64,000 bases of DNA, from assembly GCA_000320545.1 (NCBI GenBank), contig ADNK01002523.1, forward strand, positions 1 to 64,000, in the 5' to 3' direction. Under the pieces are notes generated by a model. That model had not been told where the DNA came from. It saw only the letters and a program-made list of their open reading frames with translations, and searched no databases. Positions 52,996-64,000 of the stretch are shown in pieces (the stretch's first letter is position 1; every line of letters begins with the position of its first letter). Source of the stretch: Bigelowiella natans CCMP2755 (lineage: Eukaryota; Protista; Cercozoa). A program made the position numbers and the translations under genes.

Positions 52996-53780
52996 AACTG
53001 ACTTTCTCGTGAAACAAAGAATGGAGCAGATCCCTTTTTTTTTGAAGAAGTGAAACGGAATGGCACAATGAAGAATTACCAGGGATTTTGGACGCAAGGC
53101 GAGGTGAAGTTGTACGTCGTGGTGTTTCCAAGAAGAAGCACATGTTGCATGGAAGATGGCATGCTTTGGATGTGTTTTGCTTCCTGTTCCTGCTTCCTTC
53201 AGAGTGAAGAAGAATTTCTGTGCACACTCTGCAAGTCGTTGAACAGACATTCGAAGGGTTTTCAAGGTTTCTTGTTGTCCGGACACAAAGCACATTCACA
53301 CTCTGAGCACACTTCTGAAGCAAACCCAACTCCCAGCGAAAACAATTGTGAAATCTGCGGTCGAACTGAAGGTGCAATGACTGAAGCATCGACCAGAATC
53401 ACGACTGGCATCAACAATTGGCTAGTTGGCCCACAACGATGAACGGCCCATTTGACAGTGGCACCATCGCGGACACCAACTTCCAACGCACAGCGCAGAA
53501 CAAAGCCGCGGTTTTTGTGGCTGCTTGCCAAGCTGGCAAGGCTGTTAGCTGCTTTGGTTCAGCAGCCAGCATGTTCGTGAGGTCTAGAGGTCGCAACCTG
53601 AAGTCTAGGGCGCACTCCAGGTTTTCGATCCCACTGCAGAAAAAATCAAGGAGTGGGATGTCGCCTTCAACTTCATCGATCGGTACGAAGCCACCCCGAC
53701 GGTTGAGGACATCGAGCTTGCAGCTCAGAGATTTGCAGACCTCCCTACAACTTTGGTTGATCGCATCAACAGTGACTAGG
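52996..53780 (+). pseudogene. TpA-depleted block containing a degenerate, stop-interrupted coding relic (possible mobile-element or gene fragment)
   Basis: No TpA in 53115-53422. The frame ending ...REV*RSQPEV*GALQVFDPTAEKIKEWDVAFNFIDRYEATPTVEDIELAAQRFADLPTTLVDRINSD* looks protein-like and has TAG stops in CTAG context. Confidence 0.4.
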
Positions 53781-54338
53781 AAAAATTTGTCTTGAATGCA
53801 TAGTCTCTTTGTGTCAAACTGTACGTAATGATTTCTGATGAATCTAACCACAATAACCTAACCAGACAAATGTAGTTACTGTCTCGACGCTCTCGGATCA
53901 TTACCTCAATGTCTGTTGGCATGCATGTTGGACAACTATGTCACCATGCACAAGCAGACAAGCGAAATGCACACACACGCGCGAACGCCGCACGCACATA
54001 CACAAAATGCAGCGTCAGATACTAGCAATGCAAGGCGCATTCTATGCTTTTATCATTGATTTGTGGCTAGATCGACTCACAGGAATTATAGAATGTAGCT
54101 GGTATTCACTAACCTGACGATTGGCTATTTCAAATGCGGTGCATAAAACGCCAAATATATTCACATTCTGTGGCTACATCCAGACATAATGGTGCTCTAT
54201 ACCTAATCATACATCCCAAGTCACAATTACATGCGTGCATGGCACAACGGTCCAGTACTGGTGTTTCGTTATGTTGTGCATTGATTCGTACAACACTGTA
54301 TAGAAGCACGCACTTTGACCAAAAAAGTCTCTTCGATC

Positions 54339-55786
54339 TTATAACTTCGAAGCCAATATTACTTCGTCTTCAGAAGACTTAGAATTGTCATAACGTTTCT
54401 GATATTCTTGCTGGAACAGAGGTAGATTTTTCGCCGCAGACCCCATTATTTGCTGGCTACCTGAAGACTTCCTCTTATTTCTTGGTAACAGATCAAACCC
54501 GACCAAAGAGGCTAATTCTCGCAAAGCATTCAAACCTCTCGTGTCGGATGCCTGTGGATAGATTCATCACAAAAGTGCATTATTACGATGCAAATACTCG
54601 TGCTACTGTCAGTTGCGACAGAATTGTGGCAGCAAGATTACATGACTTATGGGTTCCATACACAGATGGTTTTATGTACCTTCACTTTTATAGTTTTCAT
54701 CCCAAGTGAGCGGGCAGATTTTAAATTTATTCCAATATCATCGAGGAAGATACACTCCTGAGGTCGTTAAAAATAGATGGGTTACTATGAATCTGGCTGG
54801 TACTTGAGAATACACATTGGCCAATCGACATGTGTATTCGCAAAAGCACATCTACCTACGCCCCCCCCATCCACACACATGCGCACAGCAGAGAAAAGAG
54901 GTTAGAGGAGAGAAAAATATCTGACGAACGCAGTGCGTGACAAACGACATCATAACCTTGGGATCGCATTGAACGCGTTCGCATGCTATCTTAAAGATTT
55001 GTGGATTTGGTTTTCGTACTCCTAGTTTCATAAAATAGAACTTGATACTTGTTTTTCAACGATATCGCACACTTTAGGAAAGCAAACCTTCAATTGCTGA
55101 TTCCACTATCACGTCAAAAGCGTCTCTCCATTTACCGTGCATTCCGGCACTGGAACTCATCTACATTAACCAGGTTTCCCAACGTTGCTGTTCTACGATT
55201 TCATACTGAAATTCATCATGAGTACCTCTCTCCAATTGTTTGTAACCGCGCCTACTTTCAAACCGTTAGATCGAAGGATGCCCAATGCCAACATCTAGAT
55301 ATTCGATATAAGCATGTGTTGCATATGGCTACTTTGGCGGAAATTGTGATACCATATCCTTCCGAGGCCGCATCACGGAGGAAATTCCACGCATGATCTG
55401 TTAAAGTTATGATGTCATTTTTTTTCAAGAATGACCTGAAAGGTTAGCTGGGGGAACCTGCCTCAGATCCGACACAGTGACACCTTTCGATAGTAACCCC
55501 TCGAGAATCATTCTTTCACAGAATTCGTCCTGCCCTATCTTTCCTTCCTCTAGTTTCTTCCAATTCTTGCTTCTCGAAAATGCGCGATTGATCGAGTCTT
55601 TTTTATATCCCTGGAGGGGTGTTCGTGAGGGTTTTCATGCCTTAGGATGATTAATGGTGAATGGACCTTAATGATTTCGAATTCCCTCACGAAGGATATA
55701 GGACTGTCGAACACTACACCGCCTAGGTCAAACAGTACACAGCGTATCGAAGCAGAAGAAAGGGTGGGAAGCATTCGAGGTTGCAT
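54339..55786 (-). CDS. HAD-superfamily hydrolase (EPHX2/ACAD10 N-terminal phosphatase-like) with C-terminal PTS1 (-SKL)
   Basis: CVLFDLGGVVFDSP (motif I), AVTNNW (motif II), RKPNPQIFKIACER (motif III) and RPQECIFLDDIGINLKSARSLGMKTIK (motif IV). The protein ends VILASKL*. Confidence 0.88.
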
Positions 55787-56129
55787 TGGAATTTCCGATG
55801 GCCCGATAATTAAATGTGACATCGAATTCCTCATGACGCAACACAGAAACACCCTAATTTTGATGTATTTTGGAGATTTGTTCATTTTCGATGTGAGGTT
55901 ACATGGGAATACTTCCCTTGCGACAATCACAGTTCGAGTTTAAATTCGTATTTTCTCATGGAATTTTCCAACGGTACAGAAGATAAAAGTTTTTTCCCCC
56001 TGCCAATGGTGATGACGCAGCACATGAAAACTTTGCGTTTCTAGAAAAAGGAGTGAGATGAAGGCGCACTTTTTAAATCTTACCTAAATCAACGGATAGA
56101 GTTCTATCAAGCAGAGTGGGGAAGAAAAC

Positions 56130-58852
56130 ATGCTGCACCCCCCCTGTTCGCCCATTTCCTTTCCATCTTTCATGGAGGCTTCACCAATCAAAGCTGTATC
56201 TCCTTGTAATCCCCAAACCCCTCTCGTGAATCGTGGGAAAACTCCCAAACGCGGTCGGCAATTCCGGGAGAGGACCCCTTTACGGCCCTTAGAACACATT
56301 TGTTCCACAAACAGGTTGTGCCCACCTCGGACTGTAATAGTTTTCAAAATCTTGCTACCAAGATTATTAGGAACAATATTTTTAATTTAGAAACTGAATC
56401 TATGATGCGGATCATAACCATCCTTCCATCAAAATCATCATCATCATCAGGAGGAGGAGCAACAAAGGCATACCCACTCCCCACTACACTCCCAGCCCCT
56501 TTTCACAAAAGGAGAACTATCCTCCCCTTTCAGAAGCATTTAGGAAGTTTACAATAAAAATCCAAGGAACCCCATTGCCAGGGATCAAGGAGCCGGAGAG
56601 TGACCGTGTTCCCAGAATAATAGCTGATCCATTTGAGAACCGATTGAACTTCCCAAAATTTGTTGAGGCGATGGAAGAGGACGGTAATGACGAAGAGGAT
56701 GCAGATAAGGATATGAATTCAAGACCTATGGAGGGCTTTTATCAAAAGTGAGAGAAGCCAGCCCCATAGCCCTACGTGTGGAATGTTATTGATTCTTGCA
56801 TAATACCTGTAGTATTGACGTCCAAGCTGACATGTTCCCGTTCGAGTTGACACCGGAGGACTGGAAGCATCATGAACGTATATGCGGTTTTCTAGACGAT
56901 GCGAAAAAAGGTTTAGCAGCAAATAGTGAAAAGGAGTGCTCTATTGGATTGCATGTTAATCGACCCTCTAATCTCAGATGGTAATAGCAACACTTCGGCT
57001 GAAGATGAGTATTGGCGGAGGAAAAATCAGAATCCAAGCCCGCCACCTAAAAGGAGAAGACCTATTGTACGATTTCTAATTTTTCTCTAACGCATTGTAT
57101 GGAAAATTATATGGTTTGCCTCTTGTGGTCATTGTATTTACTAATCTAATTGTTGGAATATTGCGGATTAGGTCCTCTATGATCCGTCAACTAACTCGTT
57201 CCCGGCTGCGACAACAAGAGCAGTGCCGAGGACGAATGGACGCAAGGAAGGTTACAGATATTAGAAAAATATGATATAGATTGCTTTTAATGATGAAAAA
57301 CGAGACTGAGATTGAATGGCTATTCATTACAGCTCTAAAGAGGAGATCGGAAAGAAAGCCAAGACGAACACAGAGCAAGATAGAAATAGCAGGGACAAGA
57401 CAACTCATACTACCGTTTTCCCCAGCCTCCCATGTGAAGATGAAGAGTCGGGCTAACACGACAGACAGGGTTTCTTCATCTCCATTTAAATATGCAAGCC
57501 TGATATCTTCCGCTCAGTGCTTTCCAAGTTTCAGCAAAGAAGATGAACATGAAGTTTTGATGACGTTCTCTGTGATATATTATTTATTCGATCGTGCGAT
57601 TGTGTATTTTCAGGCTCCGAGGTCCATTATAAAATCAACATCGAAGTTTCGCACGTTCAACTCTTCCAAGAAGAGTGGCGGGAGCGCAAGGAATGAGTTT
57701 AAGATCCGTGATCGGACTCGTTCTGTGCACTTCGAACAGGTGCTTGATAGTGGTGATATGGCAGAAAAGAAGGTAAATCTCATAACTATCATTCAAAAAA
57801 TCGTCTCGTTTTGCATTTATGCGTGGATTCTTTTGACTCAGAAAAACCAAAACAAAGCTCAGCCATGTTGGGATCAAGGTAGTATGAGAAAGATACTGTG
57901 GTGCCGGGATGATAATGAAATATTCTTTGTAATAGATGTGAGCATAGTAGTATTTTTAAGGGGATGGCTAGCATACCAGTTCTTGTTCTTTGATAAAATC
58001 GAATGCGAGCTCATAGTTTATGGTTTATAGACGTGCCCACCCCTCGTCAATTGGATTTCAGTCGAGAGGCCCAGCCAGATGGTACAACATACGAAAGTTC
58101 CTCCAAAGCATGCATTCTAGTTTCGCTGATTGTTTATTCTGGTAAGATGCCGGAGAAGAGCACACTTGTCCAAACTTTGACGATATTGTGGGTCGGATCA
58201 AGGAAGGAGACCTTACGGTTACATTGAGTTTTTAAATTATCTTCTAGAGAATCTTTCAAGTCAACAATTGTTGTTGTTCAAAGGTTTCCAAGGTTCTCTC
58301 TGCCTTCCCTAATCTTACAAATAAGGTTGAAGCCTTGAGCTAGTTAGTGGTGATTGCGCGCTAATTTGAAATCTACGTTCCCGTATAGAATCATGGAGGG
58401 ACAGTGCTTATGGAAACAAGTGTCAATGGAAAGCTCTCCCTTGTCAGGACTCTTATTGATTCCAAAGCAGATCCGAATAGGAAAAATAAGGTCAGCCGAT
58501 CGAAAGAACGGTAAATACTGCATTAAAAAGGTCTTAAAAACTTCTGTTACTTAGTTCGACACGACAGCGTTGATGTTTGCTGCTTACATGAACCGGCCAC
58601 GAATTGCAACAATGCTCATCGAAGCAAAAGCAGATGTTTCGCCTTCAGCGGTAAATAAGTTTGGAAGGTAAAAAATTTCTGGTGCAATATGTGCTCTTCC
58701 ACGATCTTACAATGGCTTCTCGTAGGAATGCACTTGAGATAGCAAGTCTCCGGGGATCCTCTCAAGTCATACAGGTTATCTCTCGCTACAGCAAGACAAA
58801 GGATAGGACTACTTCATTAAATAGTAAAGAATCCATCCAAGTGAAAAAGTGA
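56130..58852 (+). CDS. Low-complexity protein with C-terminal ankyrin repeats; exon structure approximate
   Basis: Spliced C-terminus NHGGTVLMETSVNGKLSLVRTLIDSKADPNRKNK|FDTTALMFAAYMNRPRIATMLIEAKADVS..NKFG|RNALEIASLRGSSQVIQVI. Confidence 0.7.
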
Positions 58853-59657
58853 CCAAAATTCCTTAGAAAATAGAATAATTATTAGCATTGCCTCGCTATC
58901 ACATCATAAAAGTAACGATAGACTATCTGTGAGATGGGGCGTGCTTCAATCATTAAGTATTTTTACACGATACAGTGACCGAAATAAATATTACGTTAAG
59001 ATCATTGCATCCCCGACAATATTGTCGACCTTCATCCGAATGTACGTTCAGAACTTTTATATTAGCTCATATTCCTTAATGCACACGCTATCACATGCGG
59101 CACATCATTGTTACCACTGCTAGCACTGGCCTCGCGTATACATCCGAATCGTGAGTCATGCCTATGTTCGACAATTTTGCACCGACTGCATAATGCTAGG
59201 AAGCTTGTTGGATGTACATTTTTTTCGTAGCTCAACAAGATGTCAAATGATTTCACTAGATGAATAGCGGTCACGTATCGTACTAGCGCACAGTGGTGGT
59301 CATACTATGCGCACGCCTAGATAGGCTAGAGCTACTATCAGCACTAGAGCATAAACTAATGATGCATATTTTGGTATCTTTTTAATAACACTAAAACAAT
59401 GCTATGTAGATCAAGTATGTACATAGCGTGGGAGCAAACTTAATAATGCTAGAATGCGCTGCATGCCACAAATAAGCGTCATGCAGTCGTCTTAGAGTCT
59501 ATTAGTCTAGTAGTGCTGGTCCGCCAGCTAGCCAGATATACACCGTACCGATGCGCGTGGCACGTTTTCATCGACTGCTGGTCGCGATACAAAATAAAAC
59601 TAATAAATTGCAAAGCACTGTGAATTAAATTTGTATGTACATGGATAGATGTGACCG

Positions 59658-59727
<70 letters not shown>

Positions 59728-59898
59728 CCTACGTGTATATATGTCAGCATCAGAAATGCTATAAAATTAAAGTATAGATCTACCTACCTATCGCATATTC
59801 TTCAAGTGCCAAACTCTATCCATATTGGCTATTTGCAGCATGCCTGACGACAACTGTAACCCTCCTGATGCAGACATCCACAGTATCGGGCAGCGTGA

Positions 59899-60376
59899 TC
59901 ATATTCCATCCTTGTTCCCACAATGTTGCATTCCAGTGTTAAAGTCCGTTATGCAGTGATAAGGCCCAGGGCAGCACTGCGCGGGGATACCACAGCAGCT
60001 ATTACTGATAGTGCCGTTCATATTCGAGCAGCAGGTCTTACCCCCTCCTGGATTATTTGGATCTATGTAACATGCAGTTCCTCCACAACAACTCGGCCAG
60101 TCTAAACAACTATCGCCCTTCGGACAGCACCTAAACAGCATATGGTGCAAAAATAGTCTTATATTATACTGTCTGACTCTCGCAACTCCTCGCCCCCCCC
60201 CCCTCTCTCTCTCTCATTCACTCACTCAAATCGAGTTACCAACTTCTCTGATACTGTGGCTCATAACACAAGGTCCCTGGGCAATCAAGAGTCGCTACCA
60301 CAGCCGGTAGCAGTATGGTGGTGGCCACCACAAACAGGAGCACTAGCCTCCCAGAGCACGGAGATTCGTTCAACAT
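59899..60376 (-). CDS. Small secreted cysteine-rich protein (2 exons: ~60240-60376 and 59899-60131)
   Basis: Signal-peptide-like RLVLLFVVATTILLPAVVA followed by TLDCPGTLCYEPQYQRSW|CCPKGDSCLDWPSCCGGTACYIDPNNPGGGKTCCSNMNGTISNSCCGIPAQCCPGPYHCITDFNTGMQHCGNKDGI*. The GT-AG intron is in phase. Confidence 0.8.
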
Positions 60377-60603
60377 TGAGCACAAGCAGAAGCACCTCCT
60401 GCTGCTGTCTGTGAAATAAGAAATTATGCCATGACGTAGGATAGAAATGGCATGGATTGATTGCTATTTTCTTGAATTATCTCAAATCCCACAGCGCACT
60501 TCGGAATTATTGTCGCCAGCCCTGGCTGGATGTAATGGAGTGATGCTCGTGGAGGGGAGAGTCGGTGGCGATTCATGAAAACTGTTCTCTGCCCCCGAGA
60601 GAG

Positions 60604-62476
60604 ATGAAATTGAACAACACATGCTTCCAGCGCCAATATAGTGCCATTGTGTGCTTTGTTCTATCCTCTATGACCGTTTTCGTCTTCAAAACACAAAAGA
60701 CGGGTCGGGTACTTGGTGGTGTAGCCTCTCGTCAAGATAGTTTCCTACAGAAGCCGGACGTTGAAAATTCCCTTAATGGTCTATGCAGACCGAAAACAAA
60801 TTGGATTTATTTGGATGACCACATTGGATCACAGCATATCAGACCTTTGTGTTCTCTAACAATGGCTGTCGGCGGCGGGCAGGTTAGCAATCATTATAAT
60901 ATTCCAAGACTCGACAACATAATCCATGTTTGTTAGACTGGACGGAAGAAGAGCAAGATAGATTTCAAATCGTTGATGAAGAAACTGAAGGAGGAAAAGG
61001 AAGCAGGACAACACAAAACTGAAGAGAAAGGAGAGACCTCAAGCATCGAAGGTGGGCGTGGAGCAAAGTGGTTGTACTGTGATAATAATAACTTCGACTC
61101 TAACTTTGAACAGAGAGTGAAGAGGAGTATGCTGTGGACCAAGAGGAGAATGACCGGCTCCAAAAGTTAGTAACATCTAGAAGCATGGCGGATGCGGAAA
61201 ACAAAGACGAGAAGCCGAACAACGAAGAGGAACAGAGAACGGCAAAAGGTGCAAACATTAAGATCTGCGTGCCACTTTCTGCGGTCCTAACTGTTGTCAT
61301 CAAAACCAGAAAACGAGCAAATACAGAGGGAAATTGAAGAGCTTGAAAGAAAAGGGATGCAGCCGAAGGGAATGCCGGAGATTAAGCAAGTTATAAATGG
61401 AACTACGCTAGTAGCTGCAATGAGTAATGCGACAAGAAATGAAGCTTCTGAGCAGGATAAGTACGAATAGTCATTTGTAAGATGATGCACTGGCGACCAC
61501 TGTTCCTGACAATACATTGAACTAGGAAAACCTGGGAAGCTGCTCTCAAGCAGCAGCCTGCTGAAGAGATTGTTTACAATGACATCACGGTGGGATGGCA
61601 TATTTTATTGCTTGCTTCGTCCTCGTCGCCTTATCTCACTGAGAGAAGATACGATTTCATCTTGTAGATGCAACTCCACCCCAACGACACGCTGCCATTC
61701 GAAGAATATCCGGAAAACGTCACTATGGTCAACTAACTGGTCACTCTGGATTTGCTCCTCCATATCAATGATCTACTCCTTATCTTGTCGTCCAGATTAT
61801 AAAAAGAAACAGAGAGCAGGGGTGGCCTGTCTGGTGGAGCGATCTATACCCCCCGGATGAAGCGATGGTATAATTTACGGCACATTTGTGAATGAGAGTA
61901 TGCTGAATTTGACCCTGACCCTGATTCATCAGCTTCGTGAATGGCGCAATATCTTAATGGAGGAGTGGGGAGACATGGGGGTATGCATAGAATTCTCTTA
62001 TTTATTCTTTAAAATAGGAAATATAATATGCAAGAACTATAGGAGAAACAAAGTACATATATGACTTCCCATCCTATGTAACATAGCTGAGGTCTTGGAA
62101 TTCCTCGCTTTCGGAGCTTCTTGCCAAAGTTGAAGAGGTATCGATAAATCTCACTATCATCAAAAACGAGTAGTATACGAAATAGATCATAGAACAAGAA
62201 GAGGAACAAGAGAAAAGACTCCATTCTGGTCTTGTCGTCACTATATTCATAAATGACCTAGAGAAATTGATTCACGGCAAACAATTCTCTTCTACTGTAA
62301 TGTTGGGAAGGATGGTCGATGGGGATTCGGTTTCGACGGCAATCTGGAATTTTGGGGACCTTTGAACAGATCCAAATTTTATGAAGATGCTGTATCGAAT
62401 TCTCACATAGCAACGAGAGAGAATCCCGCTGCAGAAGAAAGGTGTAGAACAGGAGGACGCGATCAATATCATTATA

Positions 62477-62517
<41 letters not shown>

Positions 62518-62526
62518 TTATATGGT

Positions 62527-62565
<39 letters not shown>

Positions 62566-63152
62566 TTCTGCGGATTCACATAATATTATCCCTGGGTAAG
62601 GTGGAAGCAGGACGAAAATGAAGAGATGGCTCGAAACGCTCAGAAGGAAATGAAGGGCAAGTATTTTGATCCTTTTCGTCACGCCAGAATGCTAAAGTCG
62701 AAGTAAGTGCTTGCTATTTTCAAAAATATCTTCAAATTCTAACTATGGCATGGGCAATTATTATCTGTGTAAACAGACGTGGTTTGTACATTTCCTGTGC
62801 CGGTACTTGCTCCACTAATTTCATTTTCAACTTTAGATTTGAGAAAGAGCTTCGCTCAGCAAGGGAGCAACGGAGAAATATCCGACGAGAGACTGGGGAA
62901 GATGATTTGACTGATGCGGAGCTTACCGATCGAGAAGATAGTGAGGAGTTAAAGAGAGGCCTTGCTGGTGAGATTCCGCAAGATGATGATGAAGATGTGG
63001 AAGAGCGTGAATTTGCAGAAATCGAAGGAGATTATAATTTTGAAGGATTCCCTGACACAGCAAATTTAGATGTTGAAGAAGAACTCGCTTATGAGGAAAG
63101 AGAATTTGGCGATGAAAAAATGAGTAAAAAGTTGTTGAAGTCCATTACCTGA
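60604..63152 (+). CDS. Unknown protein with an N-terminal hydrophobic leader and acidic/charged segments (multi-exon)
   Basis: A chain of in-frame exons bounded by GT-AG, e.g. SIEG|ESEEEYAVDQEENDRLQK, IIKRNREQGWPVWWSDLYPRMKRW, and a last exon FEKELRSAREQRR...KKLLKSIT*. No family recognised. Confidence 0.6.
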
Positions 63153-64000
63153 TGGAACTGCCGGATGGAGGTCTATGCCAAGGCAGCGTGGCTGCGATGG
63201 CGGAGCTATGTGGCGGGGGCGAAGGCAAGGGAAGCAGATTTGCATGGAAAGCATTGCTTGATAGAATTGCATTTTTTCTTCTATCTAAATCCAATTCATG
63301 CAGAATGCATGCCTACCGACTTGTTCTTTTCAAGCTAGCAAGCTGGTGCTGCTTTTGGTGAAACTCTTACTCACTTTGTGTGTACTCTAAACGTGCATCC
63401 TAGTTACGACGTCCGTAGCACCAAAAAAGCCTGGCGCAAGCAGGACGGGCAACGTGTTACTTTAAGCTACAGCTCTGCTGCCAAGGCAACGGGCAATGGC
63501 AAAACATGATGACTGACAAAGTGCTAAGCTATGTTGATTTGAGCTATGCTACAGCTTTGCTGGCTACTAGACTATATAGGCCATGCTAGCATGGCGCATC
63601 ATGACTGCACATCTCTAGGTCTCTAGATCTGTTTGCCTATGATGATATGATTATACGCTAGTACGTGCAGTACCCCAGCAGCAGATGCGCAGTCAGATCG
63701 AGCACGCAGCATTCTTCTCGAACACAAAGTGCTTGGTGCCTTGCAGCGAACATCCATAGCTACCATTATATAGCTAGATAGACCCAAATATGCGCAGTCA
63801 GGTAATGCTAGAATGCAGCAGCGGGACCTGCTAAGCGGTACCGTACGGCGGGGGATCAACGCAGACTGCGCGCTCTCGGCTGTATACGTGCCTGTGCACT
63901 TTCCCGAGTATGGTGTGTATGCGGTGAATCAGGTTTTTTACGAACTAATTGTTGACGCAATGATGGGGAAAAGCAACTTATGACATGCATGTCCTTGACC

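Noticed and set aside
53342-53780. TAG stop-codon reassignment or readthrough
   Set aside because: Conserved genes here terminate with TAG (AP2M1, UPF0652), TAA and TGA, and their long exons have no in-frame TAG. The stops fit mutational decay better.
1252-62563. Many short ORFs with CVCVCV, YIYIYI, poly-V/L/M/T or SLSLSL runs
   Set aside because: They are translations of intronic microsatellites or antisense frames of real exons.

Overview
This is gene-dense, intron-rich eukaryotic nuclear DNA of roughly 45% GC, with GT-AG introns and the standard genetic code. Its style resembles chlorarachniophytes such as Bigelowiella, but that assignment is an inference. About 18 spliced protein-coding genes can be reconstructed by hand, in order: RhoGAP(-), DASS/DiT1-like transporter(-), SCAF4/8-like CID+RRM(+), DBR1(-), PRPF31(-), Pol III RPC4(+), auxilin-like J-domain protein(-), DUF179(+), CRAL-TRIO(-), AP-2 mu(+), TBC RabGAP(-), rolling stone-like membrane protein(+), UPF0652(+), UNC-93-like MFS(-), HAD hydrolase with PTS1(-), ankyrin protein(+), small Cys-rich secreted protein(-) and an unknown protein(+). 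No rRNA, tRNA, CRISPR array or intact transposase was recognised. The most striking unexplained structure is in the intergenic DNA. All four tandem (3'-to-5') spacers carry a 0.4-0.75 kb block almost devoid of TpA on the promoter side. Gene 3' flanks are enriched in CTAG and poor in CC/GG. The few TpA left in the TpA-poor blocks sit mostly in CTA/TAG context. Together this suggests two superimposed, context-specific hypermutation processes (TpA->TpG/CpA and CpC->CpT) acting on non-genic DNA. A second highlight is a TBC RabGAP ending in two tepsin-like SAFDFLN motifs. Gene boundaries and all counts are by hand and approximate.
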